A DNA stretch of 64,000 bases from an uncultured bacterium (GTDB lineage: Bacteria > UBP7 > UBA6624): contig CAXGSM010000005.1 of NCBI GenBank assembly GCA_964012435.1, forward strand, positions 1 through 64,000, given 5' to 3'. This document shows, piece after piece, positions 39,003-49,995 of the stretch (position 1 is the stretch's first letter; each line of letters opens with the position of its first letter). The translations under genes and the position numbers were made by a program. A model generated the notes under the pieces. It was not told the origin of the DNA. It searched no databases and worked only from the letters and a program-made list of their open reading frames with translations.

Positions 39003-40550
39003 ATGATTTTATGGTTAGGCTTACTATTAGCGGAAATGGTTCCAACCCCCTTGATGGCTTTCATTCTTCTTTGTCTTGGGACCGCAATCGCACTTTATGT
39101 TTTGGCGTTGAGGAAGTTAAAAACAATTCACAATAAAAAAGTAGATCAAAATATAGCAGAAATACTAGAGGCTAAATCTAAACTCACAGCGGAAAAAAAG
39201 GAAACCCTGGCAGCAAAAGAAAATTTACAAAAAAAACGAGAAGAAATAATCAAACAAGAATCAAACATTTTTGCTGAAAAAAACATATTGAAATCACAAA
39301 AAGAAAATTTCAAATTGCATAAACAAGAGTCATTAGAAAGATTTGAAAAAAGAGATCAATCACTGATGAAAAGGGAAGAAAAAATATCTGTTGAAGAAAA
39401 TCAGATTGTCGAAAAGCTAGAGGATGTTGCAAAAATGACCAAAAAGGAAGCTGGTGAATTTATATTGCAATCTGCAAAAAAAGCAAACAGGCAAGCATTG
39501 AAAGCATTATTCAAAGAGGGCGAGGATCAAGCTCAAGCTGAAAGCCAACAGCGAGCACAGCAATTGTTATTAGATGCTATTCAGGGAATTAGCGTCCCTT
39601 CTGTTTTGGGCAATGATATTTTAGGAAGAGTTGAGATTTCTGATGAGAACTTCAAGGGAAGGGTGATAGGTCGTGCTGGCAGAAATATTAAGTATTTCCA
39701 AGAGACAGCAGGTGTTGATTTAATTGTAGATGAAACTCTTTTTTTAACAATCTCATCATTCGATGGGGTGAGGCAGGCAGTTGCAACAATTGCTCTTGAG
39801 CGTTTGATAAAAGATGGAAGGATACACGCCCCCGCTATTGACAGAGAGGTTAAAAAAGCAACACAAGAAGTAACAAAGATGGTCAATGACTATGGTGAAA
39901 AGGCAGCTGAGGAAGCTGGTGTTCCCGGCTTGCATAAGGTTATCATTAAGATGATTGGGAAGATGAGCTTCAGATCTAGCTTTGGACAGAATTTATTACA
40001 GCATAGTGTTGAATGTGCAAGAATCGCAGGACAGCTCGCAAAAGAGTTGGGTTTGGATCAAAGCGTGCTTAGGAGAATGGCTTTATTGCATGATATAGGT
40101 AAGATATTACCAAGTGAAGGCGAAACAAACTCACATGCCTTAGCAGGAGCAAAGCTTTTAAAGGAGTATGGCGAATCTGACAAAATTGTCAATGCAGTTG
40201 CCTCACACCATGGAGAGGAAAAATGTACAAGTGTTGAGGGTGAGATTTTAAAAATTTCAGATGCACTTTCGGGAGCAAGACCAGGGGCAAGACGAGACAC
40301 TTATGAGATATACATAGAGCGTCTAAAAAGAATTGAGGAAATCGGTAATTCTTTGCCAGGCGTATTGCAGACTTATGCTGTTAGCGCTGGAAGAGAGGTC
40401 AGGGTGATTCTTGATCCAGACAGAACAACTGATGAAGACCCTAGTGTTTTAGCAGGCGATCTTTTAAAGAGGATTAAAAAAGAACTTGATATTCCTGGAA
40501 AAACTACAATTACGGTAATTAGAGAAAAAAGGGATTCGGTACAGGGATGA
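39003..40550 (+). CDS. rny: Ribonuclease Y
   Basis: N-terminal TM, coiled coil, KH motif KGRVIGRAGRNI, HD motif LLHDIGK, ARPGAR. Confidence 0.94.
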   Translation: MILWLGLLLAEMVPTPLMAFILLCLGTAIALYVLALRKLKTIHNKKVDQNIAEILEAKSKLTAEKKETLAAKENLQKKREEIIKQESNIFAEKNILKSQKENFKLHKQESLERFEKRDQSLMKREEKISVEENQIVEKLEDVAKMTKKEAGEFILQSAKKANRQALKALFKEGEDQAQAESQQRAQQLLLDAIQGISVPSVLGNDILGRVEISDENFKGRVIGRAGRNIKYFQETAGVDLIVDETLFLTISSFDGVRQAVATIALERLIKDGRIHAPAIDREVKKATQEVTKMVNDYGEKAAEEAGVPGLHKVIIKMIGKMSFRSSFGQNLLQHSVECARIAGQLAKELGLDQSVLRRMALLHDIGKILPSEGETNSHALAGAKLLKEYGESDKIVNAVASHHGEEKCTSVEGEILKISDALSGARPGARRDTYEIYIERLKRIEEIGNSLPGVLQTYAVSAGREVRVILDPDRTTDEDPSVLAGDLLKRIKKELDIPGKTTITVIREKRDSVQG

Positions 40551-41341
40551 TAAAAGTTTTATCTATTGGCGATGTTTTTGGGAGACCAGGGAGAAAGCTT
40601 TGCAAAACATTGATTCCAGAACTTAGATCAAAGCATAAAGCTGATTTGGTTATAGTCAATGCTGAAAATGCAAGTGGCGGTAAAGGGCTTTCTGAAAAAA
40701 ACTATAAAGAGATAATGGAATCCGGTATTGATTTAATAACGCTTGGCGATCACATGTTTGATCAAAAATCAATCAAGACAATTATGGAAAATAAAAGAAA
40801 TCCAATTATTCGTCCAGTTAATTATCCAAGTTCTGAAATGGCTGGACAAGGTATCTGGACAACATCTTTAAACAGTGTTGAGATTAATGTTATTTGCTTG
40901 CAAGGAAGGATTTTCATGAGAGAGGGAGCAGATAATCCCTTTAGAGCTTTTGATGAAATTCATGATAAGTTGAATTCAGATTCAATTAATCTAGTTGAAT
41001 TTCATGCTGAGGCAACAAGTGAAAAACATGCAATGTTTTGGTATCTTGATGGTCGTGTTTCAGCCGCTTGGGGAACGCATACCCATGTTGCTACAGCTGA
41101 TGAAAGAGTGTATCCGCAAGGGCTTGGCGCTATTGCTGATCTTGGAATGACTGGTCCTGTAGATAGTGTGATTGGTGTTGATTGTGAAAGCAGCATCAAA
41201 AGGTTTACCTCAGGTGTCTATTCAAGATTCAAGGTTTCTGAATCTGAAAGAGTTGCACTAAATGGTGCCCTGTTTGAGATTGATGAAAAGACCAAAGAGT
41301 GCATAAGTGTTACCAGGATTCGAGAAGAGTCTGTAGTTTAG
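40547..41341 (+). CDS. ymdB: YmdB/TIGR00282 metallophosphoesterase
   Basis: GDVFG, NAEN, HAEATSEK, GTHTHV, GMTGP; follows rny. Confidence 0.92.
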   Translation: MIKVLSIGDVFGRPGRKLCKTLIPELRSKHKADLVIVNAENASGGKGLSEKNYKEIMESGIDLITLGDHMFDQKSIKTIMENKRNPIIRPVNYPSSEMAGQGIWTTSLNSVEINVICLQGRIFMREGADNPFRAFDEIHDKLNSDSINLVEFHAEATSEKHAMFWYLDGRVSAAWGTHTHVATADERVYPQGLGAIADLGMTGPVDSVIGVDCESSIKRFTSGVYSRFKVSESERVALNGALFEIDEKTKECISVTRIREESVV

Positions 41342-41386
41342 TTTTCTTTCGAAAAGAGATTCCATAAGATTTTAAAATATTTTTTC

Positions 41387-43255
41387 TTACAGTAGTTTTT
41401 TGATTATTTCAGGATCAGCTAATGTTGATGTATCACCAAAGTTTTTTTTATCACCTTCAGCTATTTTTCTCAATATCCTTCTCATGATTTTTCCTGAACG
41501 TGTTTTTGGCAGGCCAGGTGTGAATTGAATTTTGTCTGGTGCTGCATGTGGACCAATGATTTCTCTAACCTTCATTCGTATCTCACTTTCGGTGTTTTCA
41601 TTTACTTCTTTGCCTGTCATTAATGTCACAAAAGCATGAATGCCTTGCCCCTTAATGTCATGCGGGAAACCGACAACAGCTGCTTCAGCAACATCATCAT
41701 GTTTTCCTATGGCACCCTCAATTTCAGCTGTTCCCAATCTGTGTCCAGAAACGTTCAGCACATCATCAACCCTTCCTGTAATCCAGTAATAGCCATCCTG
41801 ATCCCTTTTTGCCCCATCTCCAGTGAAATAATATCCATTGAATTGGGAGAAGTAAGTGTCAAAAAATCTTTGATGGTCTCCATAAATGGTTCTCATCTGT
41901 CCTGGCCATGATTTTTTTATCACAAGTAACCCTTCTGCGGGATTTCCTTTAATTTCATTGCCGTTTTCATCAAGTATTGCAGGCTCGATTCCATAAAGAG
42001 GGTTTGTTGCAGATCCAGGTTTTAATTCTGTGATTCCTGGCAAAGGGGTTATCAGGATTCCACCTGTTTCTGTTTGCCACCATGTGTCGACTACAGGGCA
42101 TCTTTGCTCTCCCACAACTTCATGGTACCAAGTCCATTCTGGCTCCTTGATCGTTTCCCCCACGGTACCAAGAACCTTTAGTGATTCTCTATTCCACTTG
42201 GTTACGAAATCATCACCTTCTTTCATTAGTGCCCTGAGTGCTGTTGGAGCTGTGTAGAAGATATTGACTTTATGCTTTTCTACAATTTGCCAGAATCTTC
42301 CGAAGTCAGGGAAGTTTGGCACGCCTTCGAACATGATTGTCGTTGCTCTATTTGAGAGTGGTCCATAAACAATATAAGAATGTCCAGTAATCCAACCAAT
42401 ATCTGCAGTGCACCAATATATGTCTCCCGGTTTGTAATCAAAAACTTTTTGGTGAGTATAAGATGCATAAACCATATACCCCCCTGTGGTATGCAAAACC
42501 CCTTTGGGTTTCCCCGTTGATCCAGATGTATAAAGTATAAATAAGGGATCTTCAGCATTCATCTTTTCACATTCACACTTTTCAGACATTGGCTTTATCG
42601 ATTTATGCCACCAATGATCCCTGTCTTGATCCATCTCAACATCAGAACCCGTTCTTTTTACAACTAGTACATTTTGGATTGTCGGACATTCTTTTAGTGC
42701 AGCATCTCCATTTGATTTCATTGGTATGTTTGTTTTCAAGCCTCTAACGCCGGTATCTTGAGTTACTAGCAATTTGCATTCAGAATCATTGATTCGATCC
42801 CGCAATGAATCAGAAGAAAAAGCACCAAAGACTATCGAATGCACTGCACCAATCCTTGCGCATGCAAGCATTACTATCATCAGTTCAGGAATCATTTGCA
42901 TGTAGATGCAAACCCTGTCACCTTTTTGAATATTGATTGATTTTAGGAAATTAGCACATTTCGAAACTTCTTGTAATAACTCTTTGTAAGAGTATTTTTT
43001 GTCTTCATTTGGGTTGTTGCCTTCCCATATTAATGCAGTTTCATTGCCTTTTCCGGATTCAATATGTCGATCTAGACAGTTGTAGCAAGCATTCAGCTCA
43101 CCTTCTTCAAACCATTTAATGCTTGCAGTTTTGTAATCTACACTTGAAACGGTATTCCATTTTTTATACCAATGTATCCTTTCTGCAATTTTTGACCAAA
43201 AAACATCTGTGTTTTCAATTGATTCTTGATATTTTTTTTTATAGTCAGGTTCCAT
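41387..43255 (-). CDS. acs: Acetyl-CoA synthetase
   Basis: [44 protein letters not shown]. Confidence 0.97.
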   Translation of the reverse strand: MEPDYKKKYQESIENTDVFWSKIAERIHWYKKWNTVSSVDYKTASIKWFEEGELNACYNCLDRHIESGKGNETALIWEGNNPNEDKKYSYKELLQEVSKCANFLKSINIQKGDRVCIYMQMIPELMIVMLACARIGAVHSIVFGAFSSDSLRDRINDSECKLLVTQDTGVRGLKTNIPMKSNGDAALKECPTIQNVLVVKRTGSDVEMDQDRDHWWHKSIKPMSEKCECEKMNAEDPLFILYTSGSTGKPKGVLHTTGGYMVYASYTHQKVFDYKPGDIYWCTADIGWITGHSYIVYGPLSNRATTIMFEGVPNFPDFGRFWQIVEKHKVNIFYTAPTALRALMKEGDDFVTKWNRESLKVLGTVGETIKEPEWTWYHEVVGEQRCPVVDTWWQTETGGILITPLPGITELKPGSATNPLYGIEPAILDENGNEIKGNPAEGLLVIKKSWPGQMRTIYGDHQRFFDTYFSQFNGYYFTGDGAKRDQDGYYWITGRVDDVLNVSGHRLGTAEIEGAIGKHDDVAEAAVVGFPHDIKGQGIHAFVTLMTGKEVNENTESEIRMKVREIIGPHAAPDKIQFTPGLPKTRSGKIMRRILRKIAEGDKKNFGDTSTLADPEIIKKLL

Positions 43256-43257
43256 TT

Positions 43258-44862
43258 TTACTCTGGAGCCTTAGCAAAATCCTCAGCCCAACATCTTGGA
43301 GATAGCTCTTCACCTGTGATTTCTTTTACTAAATCATCCCATTTCAATCTAGAGCCAAAAGAAAACATGTTTGCAAGGTATTTTCCAGCCTTTTTGTTTT
43401 TAAGCAGGCCACTGCCTGTTTTCTTGATAATATCATGTTCAAGTTGACTTGCTGTCATTTCACCAAGCATGTAATTGTGATAATAAACAGGAGCTGTAGC
43501 TATGTGGTTTTTTGCAGCCCAATCAGGTTTATTTCTTCCTTTTGGCTTGCGAACATCTTGGTATTCTTCTTTTAAATCCCACCATAATTGATTTAAGTCT
43601 TGTTTCGGATTTGAATAAAGTTCCTTTTCGAATCGACACATAACCTGCTCCCACCTGCTGAAAGCTAACATTTTGAATCTTTGAGAATTGACTAACTGCA
43701 CAGCAGCATCATTAACTTCATTGCTTGGCGCTTCAAGGAAATCTATTAGCCATTCTGGTCTTAATGCTTGCCTGCCAAAAATCATTGCTATTGCTTCAGT
43801 GCTGTTTATATGTGCGGGACCCTGTAGAAACCAAGGTAAATTTTCTGTGGCAAGAAGGTCATATATAGCATGTCCATACTCATGTAGAACAGTATCACCC
43901 CATGTTAAATTGTTTCTCAGATTACAAAGCACTCTCACATCACCATTTGGATCATCAACACCTAAACAAAATGCATGTTGTGACTTCCCCTCTCTTTCGT
44001 AAAGGTCTGATTTTTCAATCGAGCTTCTTATATCCAAACCGCAACTGTCAAAAGTTTCAATTGCTAATTTTTCTAAACAATCATCTTCTTTTCCAACAAA
44101 CCACTTGTCACCCACGCTTGTATCAAAAGGCACACTTTGGAAATAGGGGTTTTCATAATGCCACGGCATTATTTCGTCTTTATTTATGTTGTACCTTTGT
44201 GCTCTTTCTGAATCGTATTTACGTTTATGAGCTAAAAATGGTTCCCTCGTTAATTCATCTAATTCATCTAAAAGATTAAATAGAAAATCTTCATTTACTT
44301 CTTGTGTAATCAATCGCATTGAATAATAATTTTTAAACCCCATTCTTTTTGCTGAGCTGTTTCGTGTTTCAACTAGATCTAAAAGCTTGCCTTCAACCTT
44401 TTCACCAATAGTCTTTGTTGCTTTCCATGCTTTTTCACTTAGGGAATTATCAGAACTTTGTTTCAGGATGTCAGATAGATCATTGGATGATTTTTCCTCT
44501 CCATCAACAATGCCCCTATGTTTGACATAGTCTGAAGAAATCTGAAGACCTAATTTAACAGTTTTTGAAATTTCTTCATCATTTTTTTGACTTCCTATTG
44601 CTCCAAGATAAAGACTTTCTATGATTCTTCGGACATCACTGTCGTCAATTTTATCTATTTGGCTATACCAGTTTTTTATCTTGGAAAATCTTTCTGGACT
44701 TGCAGCTCTTTTCTCTAATGTTTCAGAAAGAACCTGAGCGATTTCACTGTAGTTTTCTTCTCCAGTTGTTTCTTTACCCCACCAGGCAAGCGCAGTGGCT
44801 TTCCATAACGGTTTGCTGAATTTTTCTTCTTCAGCTAGAAATTTTTTAATATCTTTTAGCAT
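43258..44862 (-). CDS. M3/M2-like zinc metallopeptidase
   Basis: HEYGH, downstream [22 protein letters not shown] before ATG 44862. Confidence 0.88.
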   Translation of the reverse strand: MLKDIKKFLAEEEKFSKPLWKATALAWWGKETTGEENYSEIAQVLSETLEKRAASPERFSKIKNWYSQIDKIDDSDVRRIIESLYLGAIGSQKNDEEISKTVKLGLQISSDYVKHRGIVDGEEKSSNDLSDILKQSSDNSLSEKAWKATKTIGEKVEGKLLDLVETRNSSAKRMGFKNYYSMRLITQEVNEDFLFNLLDELDELTREPFLAHKRKYDSERAQRYNINKDEIMPWHYENPYFQSVPFDTSVGDKWFVGKEDDCLEKLAIETFDSCGLDIRSSIEKSDLYEREGKSQHAFCLGVDDPNGDVRVLCNLRNNLTWGDTVLHEYGHAIYDLLATENLPWFLQGPAHINSTEAIAMIFGRQALRPEWLIDFLEAPSNEVNDAAVQLVNSQRFKMLAFSRWEQVMCRFEKELYSNPKQDLNQLWWDLKEEYQDVRKPKGRNKPDWAAKNHIATAPVYYHNYMLGEMTASQLEHDIIKKTGSGLLKNKKAGKYLANMFSFGSRLKWDDLVKEITGEELSPRCWAEDFAKAPE

Positions 44863-44906
44863 AAATATTCCCTCCAAATTTATATCCTAGTCTTAGGATA
44901 ATCTAA

Positions 44907-45980
44907 GTGAGAGATATTGTAATTATTGGTGGTGGTGTTGCTGGCATGGCTATTGCATGGGAAGCACAAAAGAATGGATACAGGGTTTTGCTTCTTGAAA
45001 AAGATGCTTGTGGGGGTGGAGCAAGTCAAGCAAGTGCTGGCATACTTTCCCCTGCAGGGAAATCTTGTGGTGACCCTGAGCTTAACCGCTTTATCTGGCA
45101 GGGTATCAGGATGTTTCCAGACTGGGTTAAGGAATTAAGAAAGGTTCACAATTCAGATCCTGATTTAAAGATGGAAGGTGTTTTATATCCTGAAGAGCCA
45201 GAATTAAACACAAGGATAGCCAGTCTTCGCGATGTTAATGTTTCTTATCAGGTTTTGGAAAAAAATGAAATAAAGAATAATTTTCCATGGTTTGATGTTG
45301 GAAAGGCCGTTTTGATTGAGGACGAAGGACGGATAAACCCAAGAAAATTAATGTATTTATTAAAAGATGCACTTCTTAAATCAGGAGTTGAAATTCGTGA
45401 AAATACCGAAGTTTTAAAAATATCCAAACATAAAGAAAATTGGAAAATTTTTCTGAAAAATAATGAATCAATCCTTGCTTCAAAGGTTGCAATGTGCACT
45501 GGCGCTTGGGCGCAAGGTGTTGAAGATTGGGTTCCACCCATCAAGCCAATGAGAGGTCAAATCATCGAGCTCTCTGGAGAGGGCGTGGAATTTCCAACTC
45601 ATACGGTTCATGGAGCAGCCTCATATATGGTTCCACAATCCGGTCATTATTGGATTGGAGGCATTGTTCAGGACAGGGGTTTTGATGATTCAATCGATAA
45701 AAAGACTCTATTTCAGAAGGTGGCAATAATGGCAAAATGGGTACCAATTTTCACCAAGGCAAAATTGGGAGAATCATGGTGCGGTTTTCGTCCTGGTTCC
45801 CCTGATGAACGTCCGATCATCGGAGAAAGAAAAGGATTGGAAGGGATTTTTTGGGCAACAGGTCTTTTCAGAAATGGAGTATCACTGTCGCCTGCAGTTG
45901 CCAAAAATTTTATCTCATGGATGGATGGCTCTTTTGAACCAGATCCAGACTATCCCTTTTCACCAAATAGATTTTTATGA
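44907..45980 (+). CDS. FAD-dependent glycine/D-amino-acid oxidase (ThiO-like)
   Basis: GGGVAG, ASAGIL, GAWA, PMRGQ, GFRP, FRNG. Confidence 0.85.
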   Translation: MRDIVIIGGGVAGMAIAWEAQKNGYRVLLLEKDACGGGASQASAGILSPAGKSCGDPELNRFIWQGIRMFPDWVKELRKVHNSDPDLKMEGVLYPEEPELNTRIASLRDVNVSYQVLEKNEIKNNFPWFDVGKAVLIEDEGRINPRKLMYLLKDALLKSGVEIRENTEVLKISKHKENWKIFLKNNESILASKVAMCTGAWAQGVEDWVPPIKPMRGQIIELSGEGVEFPTHTVHGAASYMVPQSGHYWIGGIVQDRGFDDSIDKKTLFQKVAIMAKWVPIFTKAKLGESWCGFRPGSPDERPIIGERKGLEGIFWATGLFRNGVSLSPAVAKNFISWMDGSFEPDPDYPFSPNRFL

Positions 45981-47203
45981 GTTTTTTTGAAATTAAAAAA
46001 AAGAGAATCAGTACGGTTTGTAATGTTGGCGGCGTGCTGATTGGGGGAGAGAATCCAATCGTCATTCAGTCAATGACTGACACTGACACTGCGGATGTGT
46101 CAAAAACAGTTGAACAAATAATTTTGCTTGCTAATGCTGGTAGTGAGATTGTGCGAATCACTGTTAACAATGATGAATCAGCCAAAGCTGTTCCAGAAAT
46201 TGTCAAGACGATCAAAAATAGTGGTTGTGATGTTCCAATTGTGGGTGATTTTCACTTCAATGGCCACATACTTTTGAAAAAGTATCCGGAAATGGCTCGT
46301 TCTCTTTCCAAATTGCGTATTAATCCAGGCAATGTAGGCCGTGGACCAAGGCATGATAAAAATTTTGTTACATTTATTGAAATCGCTAAAGAGTTTAACA
46401 AACCTGTTCGTATAGGTGTTAATGCTGGCAGTTTAGACGCTGATCTTCTGGCAAGAAAAATGGATGAAAATGCCAAAAATAATTTTCCGCTTTCTGCTGC
46501 AGAGGTTGAAGTTGAATCGCTTGTTGAGAGCGCTTTAAGTAGTGCTGAAACAGCGATTGATTTAGGCCTTCCTGAAAATATGATTATTATTTCATGCAAG
46601 GTTTCTAAAGTTAAAGAAATGGTTGCAGTTTATAGAAAAATTGCTGAACAGTCAAATTTTCCATTACATTTAGGTTTAACTGAAGCAGGAATGGGGCTTA
46701 AGGGTGTTGCTGCAACATCATCAGCACTTTCAATTCTTTTAAATGATGGAATTGGAGACACCATCAGGTCAAGCCTAACACCTGAGGTTGGAGGAGATAG
46801 GACAAAAGAGGTACGTTTGTGCCAAGAGATATTGCAAGCTTTGGGTTTAAGAAGTTTTAGACCATCGGTTACGAGCTGTCCAGGTTGTGGGAGGACAACT
46901 TCAACCTTTTTTAGAGAGTTGGCTGAAACTATTCAAGGCAAAATTGATTCAAATATGTCTAATTGGAAAGATGATTTTCCTGGTGTTGAGAATTTAAAAA
47001 TAGCAATCATGGGATGTATAGTCAATGGTCCAGGCGAATCCAAATCTGCAGATATAGGCATCTCTCTTCCGGGAACTGGAGAAAACCCAAAAGCACCTGT
47101 TTATATAGATGGAAAATTGACAGAAACTTTAAGTGGTTCCTCTATATCAAATCAATTTCTTGATATAGTAGAGAAATACATTCAAAGAAGGTGGTCAAAA
47201 TGA
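45977..47203 (+). CDS. ispG: HMBPP synthase (4Fe-4S)
   Basis: QSMT, DFHF, RINPGN, HLGLTEAG, GIGDTIR, CPGCGR, GCIVNGPGE. Confidence 0.97.
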   Translation: MSFFEIKKKRISTVCNVGGVLIGGENPIVIQSMTDTDTADVSKTVEQIILLANAGSEIVRITVNNDESAKAVPEIVKTIKNSGCDVPIVGDFHFNGHILLKKYPEMARSLSKLRINPGNVGRGPRHDKNFVTFIEIAKEFNKPVRIGVNAGSLDADLLARKMDENAKNNFPLSAAEVEVESLVESALSSAETAIDLGLPENMIIISCKVSKVKEMVAVYRKIAEQSNFPLHLGLTEAGMGLKGVAATSSALSILLNDGIGDTIRSSLTPEVGGDRTKEVRLCQEILQALGLRSFRPSVTSCPGCGRTTSTFFRELAETIQGKIDSNMSNWKDDFPGVENLKIAIMGCIVNGPGESKSADIGISLPGTGENPKAPVYIDGKLTETLSGSSISNQFLDIVEKYIQRRWSK

Positions 47204-47610
47204 CAAAAATACAAGCTATTTATGAAGGTGATCTCAGGTGCAAAGCGGTTCACGATCTTTCAAGTTCTGAAATTCTCACAGATGCACCGTTGGATAATTG
47301 CGGCAAAGGCGAATCTTTTTCACCAACCGACCTTGTTGCAACTGCTCTTTTGACATGCATGGCAACCATTATGGGTATTGCGGCTAAAAATTCAAAAATT
47401 GATATTTGTAATTTTGACATGAGCGTAGAGAAAAAAATGTCTGTTAATTTACCCAGAAGGATATCCGATTTAGTTATGATTTTTAAGATGAAGAATAAAT
47501 ATTCAGAAAAAGAAAAAAAAATATTGCAAAATGCGGCTTTAACATGTCCAGTTCACCAAAGCCTAAATGAAAATATCAATATTGAAGTTGATTTTAAGTG
47601 GTTGGATTAA
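47200..47610 (+). CDS. OsmC family protein
   Basis: TDAPLDN.GKG, SPTDL...LLTC, CPVH; ATGA overlap. Confidence 0.9.
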   Translation: MTKIQAIYEGDLRCKAVHDLSSSEILTDAPLDNCGKGESFSPTDLVATALLTCMATIMGIAAKNSKIDICNFDMSVEKKMSVNLPRRISDLVMIFKMKNKYSEKEKKILQNAALTCPVHQSLNENINIEVDFKWLD

Positions 47611-47621
47611 AGGAGTTTTTT

Positions 47622-48827
47622 ATGAAAAAAATATTGTTTTTTATTTGTTTGTTATTTTGTTCAAGTGGTTTGATAGCGTCAGATTTTGATCCTACTGAAA
47701 GACACAATGTTCCTTTGCAGGAATCTTTTTCAAAAGGATCAGAAAATCCTTCTGTAACAATAGTGGAATTTAGTGCTTTTAACTGTCCCCCATGCAAAAG
47801 ATTAGCTGCAATTTTTGATGATGTTTTAAAAGATTATCCAGAAGATGTTAAGCTTGTTTTTAAGCATGGCGTACCAAGAGCTTTAGAGCTTGAAAAAGAA
47901 GCTGTTTTAGCTACATGGGCATCAGGTCAGCAGGGTTATTTTTGGGAAATGCATGATCTTTTGTTTGAGAGCAATGACAGAAGTTTTGAAACCTACCTCC
48001 AATATGTAGAAAAATTAAAATTAAATAAAGATAAATTTATTTCTGACTTTCAAAGTGATGCTGCAATCTTGTCTATAGAAAATGAATGGAGGGTTAGTAG
48101 CTGTCTTGGCAACTATGGTACACCTAATTTTTTTGTCAATGGAAAAAAATATTCTGGAGAGCTGTGGACACATGAAAGGATTAGAGAAATTATCGATAAG
48201 GAACTTCTTCTGATGAACAGCATGGGCAATCCGCAATATGAAGAAATTATGGAGATGTCAAAAGGAGAGGATTTTTTATGTGGGAAGAAGGTTTTCAAAA
48301 TTGTTCCCAGCCTTTCGCAGGCTAGATTTTTTGTAGACGAAATCCTAAGAGAGGAACCTTTTACTGTTATAGGTGAAACTAATAGCATCTTTGGATCTGT
48401 GGATATTGATTTTGATTTTCCAAAGAGAAGCTCTATGGGCCGTGTGATGATTGAAAGTAATAGCTTTATTACTGATTCAAATAGCAGAAACAGGGCAATC
48501 AGAAATAGGATTTTGGAGTCAAACACATATCCTTCTGTGTCGTTTCAAGCCACACGTATAGATGGAATTCCTGAAAAAGCAACTTTTTACCCTGGTCAAA
48601 AATATGAATTGAAGATAAGTGGAGAATTGACCATAAAAGATAAAACTTTATTTGAAACTTTTGATGCAGTATTGGAAATTATTGATTTTTCAACTATTAG
48701 GGGTTTTGCAACAGTAGATGCTTTATGGGCTGATTATGGTGTAAACGTTCCACAACCACCTTTTGTTCAATTGATTGAAGACAGCATCAGGTTGGAGTTT
48801 GAATTTATAGGAGTCTTAGAAGATTAA
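47622..48827 (+). CDS. Secreted DsbA-like thioredoxin fused to a YceI-like domain
   Basis: AGGAG RBS, signal peptide, VEFSAFNCPPC, GTPNFFVNG, then SQARFFVDE and TDSNSRNRAIRNRILESNTYP. Confidence 0.8.
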   Translation: MKKILFFICLLFCSSGLIASDFDPTERHNVPLQESFSKGSENPSVTIVEFSAFNCPPCKRLAAIFDDVLKDYPEDVKLVFKHGVPRALELEKEAVLATWASGQQGYFWEMHDLLFESNDRSFETYLQYVEKLKLNKDKFISDFQSDAAILSIENEWRVSSCLGNYGTPNFFVNGKKYSGELWTHERIREIIDKELLLMNSMGNPQYEEIMEMSKGEDFLCGKKVFKIVPSLSQARFFVDEILREEPFTVIGETNSIFGSVDIDFDFPKRSSMGRVMIESNSFITDSNSRNRAIRNRILESNTYPSVSFQATRIDGIPEKATFYPGQKYELKISGELTIKDKTLFETFDAVLEIIDFSTIRGFATVDALWADYGVNVPQPPFVQLIEDSIRLEFEFIGVLED

Positions 48828-49986
48828 ACCAGGATTAGAAATATTACTAACCTCGGCAAGAGATGCCTTTCTACAGGTTTCTGTTTTTGTAGCGATAATG
48901 GTACTTCTTTTTTCATGGTTGCAGTACAAAACATCAGGAAAATTTGTTGCACTTCTTCAGAAAAACACCAAAACACAACCTTTTTTTGGTGCCTTGCTTG
49001 GCTTAACGCCAGGGTGTGGTGGTGCAATCATCGTTATGCCACTATACATCAAGAAGGTTGTTACTTTCGGTACCGTAATTGCGACATTGGCTGCAACATT
49101 AGGCGATGCCGCTTTTTTATTGATAGCAAAAGCACCAAAGGATGCCGCTGTTGTGCATTTAGTTGCTTTTGTTACTGCTGTTCTCTGGGGAATGTTGATT
49201 GATAAATTACAAATAACACACGATCAACCTTTAGGTAGATTTTCAAAAAATTTCCAACAATTAAAAACACATGCTAAAAAAGAAGTTGACCCTGTTTCTT
49301 TTATAGATTCGATTGAGGGAGAAGAACGGAATGAATCTTTAGGCTACAGGATAACCCATCAGGGATATGTTTTATGGTGGTGGGTATGCCTTGTGGGGCT
49401 TATTTTAGGAGTCACTTTATTAGTAAAAGCTAGTGATCCTAATTATGCTCTTGAGTTAACTTTTGACCCTAATCATAAAGATGCGATTTTTAATTATGTA
49501 GGGTTGTTCGGGACCTTATTGTCTATCATTTTATTTATTGCTGGAAAGCATTTCATAGGTGATGACACTCTTGAGGCTTTGAGGGATAAACTGACATCTT
49601 CAAAAGAAACCTTGATACATGCTGCTTCTGAAACTGCATTTGTGACCTTTTGGGTTTTGCTTGCATATTTAATTTATGAGTATGGTATGTATTTTTCAAA
49701 TTTAGATTTTGCACAAATGATAGTTAGCTCTGGCCCATTAAGTATCTTATTTGGAGCAGGGATTGGGTTGATACCTGGATGTGGTCCACAGATTTTATTT
49801 GTAGCTGCTTATACGGAAGGTTTATTGCCGATGTCGGTGCTTATTGCACATGCTATTTCACAAGACGGTGATGCTTTGTTCCCATTGATTGCAAGAAATA
49901 GCAAGGCAGCTATATGGTCAACTGTAATTACAACCATTCCTGCAATCATAGTAGGTCTGGCATGGTTTTACTTCATGGGCAATTAG
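48823..49986 (+). CDS. Putative manganese/metal transporter (duplicated PGCG family)
   Basis: GLTPGCGG and GLIPGCGPQ, TLGDAAF, SQDGDALFP; frame is open upstream of ATG 48898 to ATT 48823 (start inferred). Confidence 0.8.
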   Translation: MKPGLEILLTSARDAFLQVSVFVAIMVLLFSWLQYKTSGKFVALLQKNTKTQPFFGALLGLTPGCGGAIIVMPLYIKKVVTFGTVIATLAATLGDAAFLLIAKAPKDAAVVHLVAFVTAVLWGMLIDKLQITHDQPLGRFSKNFQQLKTHAKKEVDPVSFIDSIEGEERNESLGYRITHQGYVLWWWVCLVGLILGVTLLVKASDPNYALELTFDPNHKDAIFNYVGLFGTLLSIILFIAGKHFIGDDTLEALRDKLTSSKETLIHAASETAFVTFWVLLAYLIYEYGMYFSNLDFAQMIVSSGPLSILFGAGIGLIPGCGPQILFVAAYTEGLLPMSVLIAHAISQDGDALFPLIARNSKAAIWSTVITTIPAIIVGLAWFYFMGN

Positions 49987-49995
49987 GATATATTT

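Noticed and set aside
44907..45980. Assigning the symbol thiO
   Set aside because: The family is clear, but no thiS or thiG is nearby, so the substrate cannot be fixed.
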